DNA of 64,000 nucleotides from Paraphysomonas bandaiensis (taxonomy: Eukaryota > Protista > Chrysophyceae), in the NCBI GenBank assembly GCA_965644295.1, contig CBFFRP010000168.1, positions 1 through 64,000 on the forward strand. Reading direction: 5' to 3'. This document shows, piece by piece, positions 58,546 to 64,000 of the stretch (within the stretch, counting starts at the first letter, position 1; each line of letters opens with the position of its first letter). The notes under the pieces were generated by a model. The model saw only the letters and a list, made by a program, of their open reading frames with translations. It searched no databases and was not told the origin of the DNA. A program made the translations under genes and the position numbers.

Positions 58546-60411
58546 ATGACTGCCCCACGTAAAGCTTTTGACGAGATTGACCTTCTATTTACCTCAAATA
58601 GTTCCAGTAGTATGTTAGGAGCAGATTCCAATTGTGATGACATAACCAATGAAATAGACGATGAAAAACGTATTCAATTAGAGAGTTTAGGAGAAGTAGA
58701 GTCTTGTTTTGTCCCACAAGATCAAATGGCAGGTTCAAACCACTCCAGTGATGCTAAGATACTGTCCCCATTAGCTTTGGCTCGACTTATCACTTATGCT
58801 ATTGAGTTAAAAGGTCCAACACGTGTTGGTGAGTTAGGAAAGTTTTTACAACTTGCTACTGGCAATGAAAGCATAGTGTTGTTTATTAAGATGCAGCTGA
58901 AAGGACTAAAGAATTTGATACAAGGGTTTAGTGGACTCTTCCGCTTAGGAAATGACCACCCTTTCAACCCGACAGTGTATCTAACTGACGCATATACCAC
59001 CACAGCCAATGCACTGAGGGTTCGTGCGCGGCAAGAGTTGCTACCTTTTTATTCCTATGACAGCAATATATTGCAACCCTCTCCGATAGTTGGTCTGAAT
59101 CCTGCACACGAAGGAGAGCGCGTCAGTGACCTGAGCGACACAAGTGGCACCACGCGCAGCCGGAGTCGGAGCAATAGTACCGATGGGCTAGATGGATCAT
59201 ATAGTAACCCCTCTAGACTTAGTGGCGGGAGTAGAGACGCCTCGTTGGGAACATTCGATACACACACTGACACCGCTTCTCAGCTTCAAGCGTCGGCAGA
59301 AGCTCTAGCTCAGAATATAGGTAAGTGTAAGCTATGCATTTACAAGTATAGTAAATGATATATTACTGCAGTGCTCATCCTTGAAGAAAAGGGCCCACTA
59401 CCTGTTGGGGAAATCGGAAAGTTTTTGCAACTGTACACGGCATCAGGTACTATAGCTATTGTGCTGACATCTTGATCTCACGTTCTGCATGCAGGTAACG
59501 AAATGTCCCATTTTATTAAGACTCAGTTCCGCGGCCTTCGAAAGCTTATAGCAGGATTCAGGAGGCTTTTTACTATGGATCAATCTCATCCATTTAATCC
59601 CTGTGTGCATCTGTCTGCGGAGTACATGTCCTACAGTGACGTCGAGCGCAGCACAGCGGACCTTTCTCCGCTGTTTGTATTTGAACCTGTTGTTACCATC
59701 CCATCCACTACACCAATCTCACCGGACGACAAGTTCTCCTCTGGTAATGCGAGCGCCATGTTAAAGACAGCACAGAAGAACTGTGCTGGAAAACTGAAGA
59801 AAGTCAAGAAGCCATCCCCCGCAGGAAAGTCGAAGGGGGTACAGGGTAAACATGCCCAAGGACAGTTACAGTGGGTGACCCGACACAATGATGGACATCA
59901 GGCATGGCAGGGGCAAAATGGATATGCTCAGTCTTCGGGAAGGACATCACAGTTTTACCAGTATGGCCAGCAATATCCTACCCCTTCCTCCGGAACGTCT
60001 CATAATAGTTATAGCGAAGACTACCCTGATTTACCCTCCAGCAACCCATACCCATCGGATGGCGCGGAGTCGTCATTTACACCTGGTGGGTCGGCTTCGG
60101 GATGGATGGGACATGCTCGTGTGCGTTCTCGGGCATTGGGATGCGATGCTCCATCTAGCGATGCAAGCTCGATCCCGTCATCCTGGAGTGCTTACAAGGC
60201 ATCCGTAAAATCCACTGCAGGTGTAGCAGTACCCACTACAGATTCATCTAGTAAAGACAACCGCATGGCTAGTATGGAATCCTATGTTGCAGACATGAGG
60301 ATTCCTGATAATTACTTTGCTGGCAGTCCAGATGATAGCAAGCAAATGATGTGCATGTCGCCGAACTATATCAAGTATTCACACATTTTGAATATGCTGG
60401 ATATTGAGTGA
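58546..60411 (+). CDS. Protein with two tandem winged-helix (LOTUS/OST-HTH-like) repeats and disordered tails, spliced
   Basis: KGPTRVGELGKFLQ..GLKNLIQGFSGLF..HPFNPTVYL and KGPLPVGEIGKFLQ..GLRKLIAGFRRLF..HPFNPCVHL. Confidence 0.7.
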
Positions 60412-61543
60412 ATCGTGAAATATTATATTTCGCCGAATGCGACAACAAATTCAGTCTAGTACATGAGTTGAATTTTCTCACAAAAATTCCCTCTTATTAA
60501 CCTGACATTTTACGTGCTGAGGTTAATGCTAGCCAGATTCGAGCTTATGGTTTTTTCTAATCACTCCGATTAATAATCCTTTTTAAAGAGTACACACTTT
60601 GGTAGTTATATCAAATAAGCAGTCATATAGAACTAAGACTTAAGTTCCACCTAATAGGACGTAGAAGTATGAAGCCTGTAGAAAAGTATAATTAGCTTTT
60701 ATAGAGTATATATTTTCTTGCTATAGCTTTTTACAGAGGTCAATGTTAAAGGCGTAGCGGAATGGAAGATAAACGAAAAACAAAATATCATTGATTCCAT
60801 TGATGTCTTGTGCGTAGTGCGTAGAGGTTATAACGTACCTACTGAACAGTGTAAGAAGGCTTATATATATTCATAAGTGTCTCTGATCGGTGCTCCTTTT
60901 ATAGCTTGTAGAAATTAAAATAGTCTTGCTGCTATACAATACAAATATTATTCCACAACTAGTATATATTATTGGGTTCATCACAATGAATATTGGTGAG
61001 TCGAGACAATTCGCCACTCGGCCCTACCCCCTCCACCTTCTCAGCTGCTCATATGGAACACACGCCAATTCTGTAGGGGCCACGTCTCAATCAGTTTTGG
61101 CCTTTTCAAAATTTATTAGCTACCCATGAGCTCAGAATGTGCGGGGTATCTCATAATCATGTATGGGCCAGGCAAGTATGCTTCTTGGCACCACAGAAAT
61201 GAAATACACCGACATTGTAATAAATATGTATTCATTGCTTAGGTCAATGAAAACAACCACTACACTAGGTCTTGCCCTCTGACAATCTCAACACAACAGC
61301 CGTTAATTGCTATCTATAGCAACACCCTGAGCATATACGTTTTCTGTAAACTCCAGTCAGTGAGCCTAGTACTAATTATTGCTTTTAGTAGCAAGATATT
61401 CAGAGTATAGTTTGAGCCATTGAGTCGTAAAGCCATATGTGAGTAATCGTATTATTGAGACAAACAGACCTACAGTACATTGCAGCAGAAATATACGTAT
61501 ATAAAGTCAATGTATTCAATTCAATAGGATGGAATCTTGTGGA

Positions 61544-62024
61544 ATGGCCGGCTTGGGTTCACATGAATCAGGGACTGCTGCCTTATGTGAGGTACCTAGT
61601 TGCATCAGAGTAAGCGTTGCCGCCTCATTGAGTTGGCCTCAGCCGATTGCACATCATTGCTTTGTGACGATGAAATACCAAATGCATCCAGATTCTTTCT
61701 TCTTCGTTAGTTTCTCTCGTCTGCACTTCCCGTATATATCCTCAAATTCTTGTTTCCAAATTTCTTCACGAATCGGCACCAAGTAGTTCTAAAAAAATGA
61801 AACAAAAATTTGAGGATATATACGGGAAGCGAAAGTGTAGATGAGAGAAACCAACGAATAAGAAGGGTATGATGTATTTGGTATTTCATCTTCACAATGC
61901 AATGATGTGTAACCACTGACCAACGTTACAAAGGTAGTTCATTAGAGCGCCCCGGCCGTCCCTCGTCCTCGGTGTGTCATACGGCAGCAGTCCCTGCTGA
62001 TTCATGTGAACCCAAGACGGCCAT
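61544..62024. repeat. About 480-bp imperfect foldback (long inverted repeat)
   Basis: 61544-~61765 pairs with ~61795-62024, e.g. CTTGGGTTCACATGAATCAG / CTGATTCATGTGAACCCAAG and CTTCCCGTATATATCCTCAAATT / AATTTGAGGATATATACGGGAAG. Confidence 0.85.
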
Positions 62025-62975
62025 AGGTAAGAGACTTCAGCGTCTGAGGGAATCTTGTGAAAGTACTGATTTTGGGATGACAAAGAGTGAGTACGAGATT
62101 CAAAGAAAGCGCATAACGGATGAGTACTTCTAGTTGTTATATCTACTCGGTATTGGGCTGCCTACTGAAGGTTATTGACTCCATTTCTCTACGAGAGATT
62201 GTCGTTTACTGGTTATATCAAGTACAAAGTTCTACGGCCTTTCGTATCGAGGCAAAACTAACAGGCAATATAAGCGTGTGATCCAGGAGTGATGGCCCCA
62301 GACCATCTTGGGAGGAGGCACGTACGTTGGTGCAACATCTAGTGCTTCATGAGGCTCCGCCATGTTAATGTAGTGCCACTCTGTTTAAAATTATGAACAT
62401 ACAATGAATTTGATAAGCATTATTGTTGCATTTAAGTGAAAGATATCGACTGTTGGACTGACTTAACAATGAGCGACTATAAGACATGCATAGACGGATT
62501 TTTGCACACCTATTTTCAGATATATTTCCTAAAATCCTGAAATTATTCATTCATTGCAATTTTTTTGTCAAATATTATATATAATAGAAGGATTTTATGA
62601 AAAAAGTCTAATATTAAGGATCGGTGGGAAGAATTCATTTCCCAAATTCCTGATTGTTCACAGAAAAAAAGGATGATTGTGATCACAATGGATTCGCGAT
62701 TCGCACAAGCACCCCCCCCGCTGTATACAACCACCCCACAATATAATGTACCGCACAATATACTATACAATGTACTCGTATAGTATACACTACAACGTAC
62801 TGCTGTACTCTGACCTCCTGTTCGAGATAAAGAAGAAGTGAGGTGGATTAAGAACATCGATATGATTGGCACATATCAGAGTACACATATAGGCCTACTC
62901 ACATACATTAGATGGGACTATATATATGAGTGTATAGTATTCTAATACCATACCACACAACCCATATCATTATCT

Positions 62976-64000
62976 ATGACAAATCCTGGACCTAAAGCTG
63001 CTGGATGCTTGATTACCCTATCAGATCTACCACGTATCTATGCTTCCTTTGTTGTATATGGAGCAATGTGTGGTTATGGGGCATGTATAGGTGTTGTAGG
63101 CTCTGCTATACCTCTATTAGCCAATGAATTACATGTTTCACGTACTTCATTGGGGGAATTATTCTTCTATCGTGGTGTGGGATATTTTGCAGGTGGATTA
63201 GCCTCTGCAGGAGTTCTCAGTAGATACAATAGTAAAGACATACTATCAAAGGAGTTACTTGTATTTCTATCTATAGCTTTATCTGGAATTATCACTGTAT
63301 TATTAGCTACCACACGAAATTTTAGCTTCATCAAAGCTCTCTTTATACTGCAAGGTATGACTAGTTGATCTGAGGTATCAGTGCTCGGTATCTTATCATT
63401 TGTAGGGTTTGGATTCGGTGGAGTCGATACATTCGGCACTATTGCACTGTCTGAGATGTGGGGACAGCGCGTACAGGTATGCGAGATATGGATATCGATT
63501 TCTGCCTTTGTGTTCACCTTAGTGTTGAATTTGGATTGTAGTGCTACATGCTAAATACCGTATATTAAACATGACTGATATCTTTTGGAATATTTATAGC
63601 CATGGCTGCAAGCTCGTACAGCTACTTTCGCATTGGGTGGAATTGCGGGACCTGTTTTGCTGGAGTCGCAAGGCCTCAATCGCACTTTTGCAATGTGCGG
63701 TCTTTTATGCATGTCTTCTGCTTTGGGCCTGCTGGGAGGGTATATGCACTCATGTTGCACTTCTCAGCAGGAATCAGATGCAGAGACAATTCCTGGACTG
63801 TTAGTGCCTGTTTTGTCAAAGTTAGAGAGGTTTATTCAGAGCTTGTCAACTATGGCTCCATCCACATCACATGACCTGCTGTCTTCTGATCTACATCGTA
63901 TCGAGGAATGTTTGGAAGAGATTGATATTCGTTCCGTTGGATCCGCTTCAGACATGGAGGGTGCTGTGCACGACATCCTTGAAGAGACCGAGTTTGGCAC
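62976..64000 (+). CDS. MFS transporter (MFSD4/NaGLT-like), 3' end beyond the window
   Basis: GVVGSAIPLLA..LGELFFYRGVGY, spliced GFGFGGVDT..WGQRVQ-PWLQ..FRIGGIAGP. Confidence 0.75.

Overview
Gene-dense eukaryotic DNA, most likely a protist (a stramenopile-like genome is my inference). It uses the standard code and has short GT-AG introns of about 45-70 nt. About 16 protein genes are supportable: VWA, two MFS transporters, PP2C, RhoGEF-PH-WW, two EF-hand proteins, an ABHD4/5-like hydrolase, a tail-anchored TPR protein, a Cys-rich RING E3, NFS1, a Vps34-like kinase, an IQ protein, a LOTUS-like protein and hypotheticals. Transposons are interleaved: a Gypsy LTR element nested in an intron-containing DNA transposon, that transposon's MITE nested in a hAT MITE, a Ginger-like element embedded in (CATA)n, and a foldback. 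The main result is that the apparently empty region at about 42.7-46.2 kb is a minus-strand, multi-exon, non-coding snoRNA host gene. Its introns carry at least 9 box C/D snoRNAs with recognisable LSU rRNA guides (U15-like x2, SNORD12/snR190-like x3, U58-like x2, U79-like, U80-like) plus orphan candidates, often several per intron. Other leads are a six-copy 13-Cys repeat domain fused to a RING finger, a DNA transposon family with AAGTC termini and a 3-bp TSD, and long (TATG)n tracts that sit consistently at gene 5' ends. Family names and rRNA positions are from recall and were not searched.
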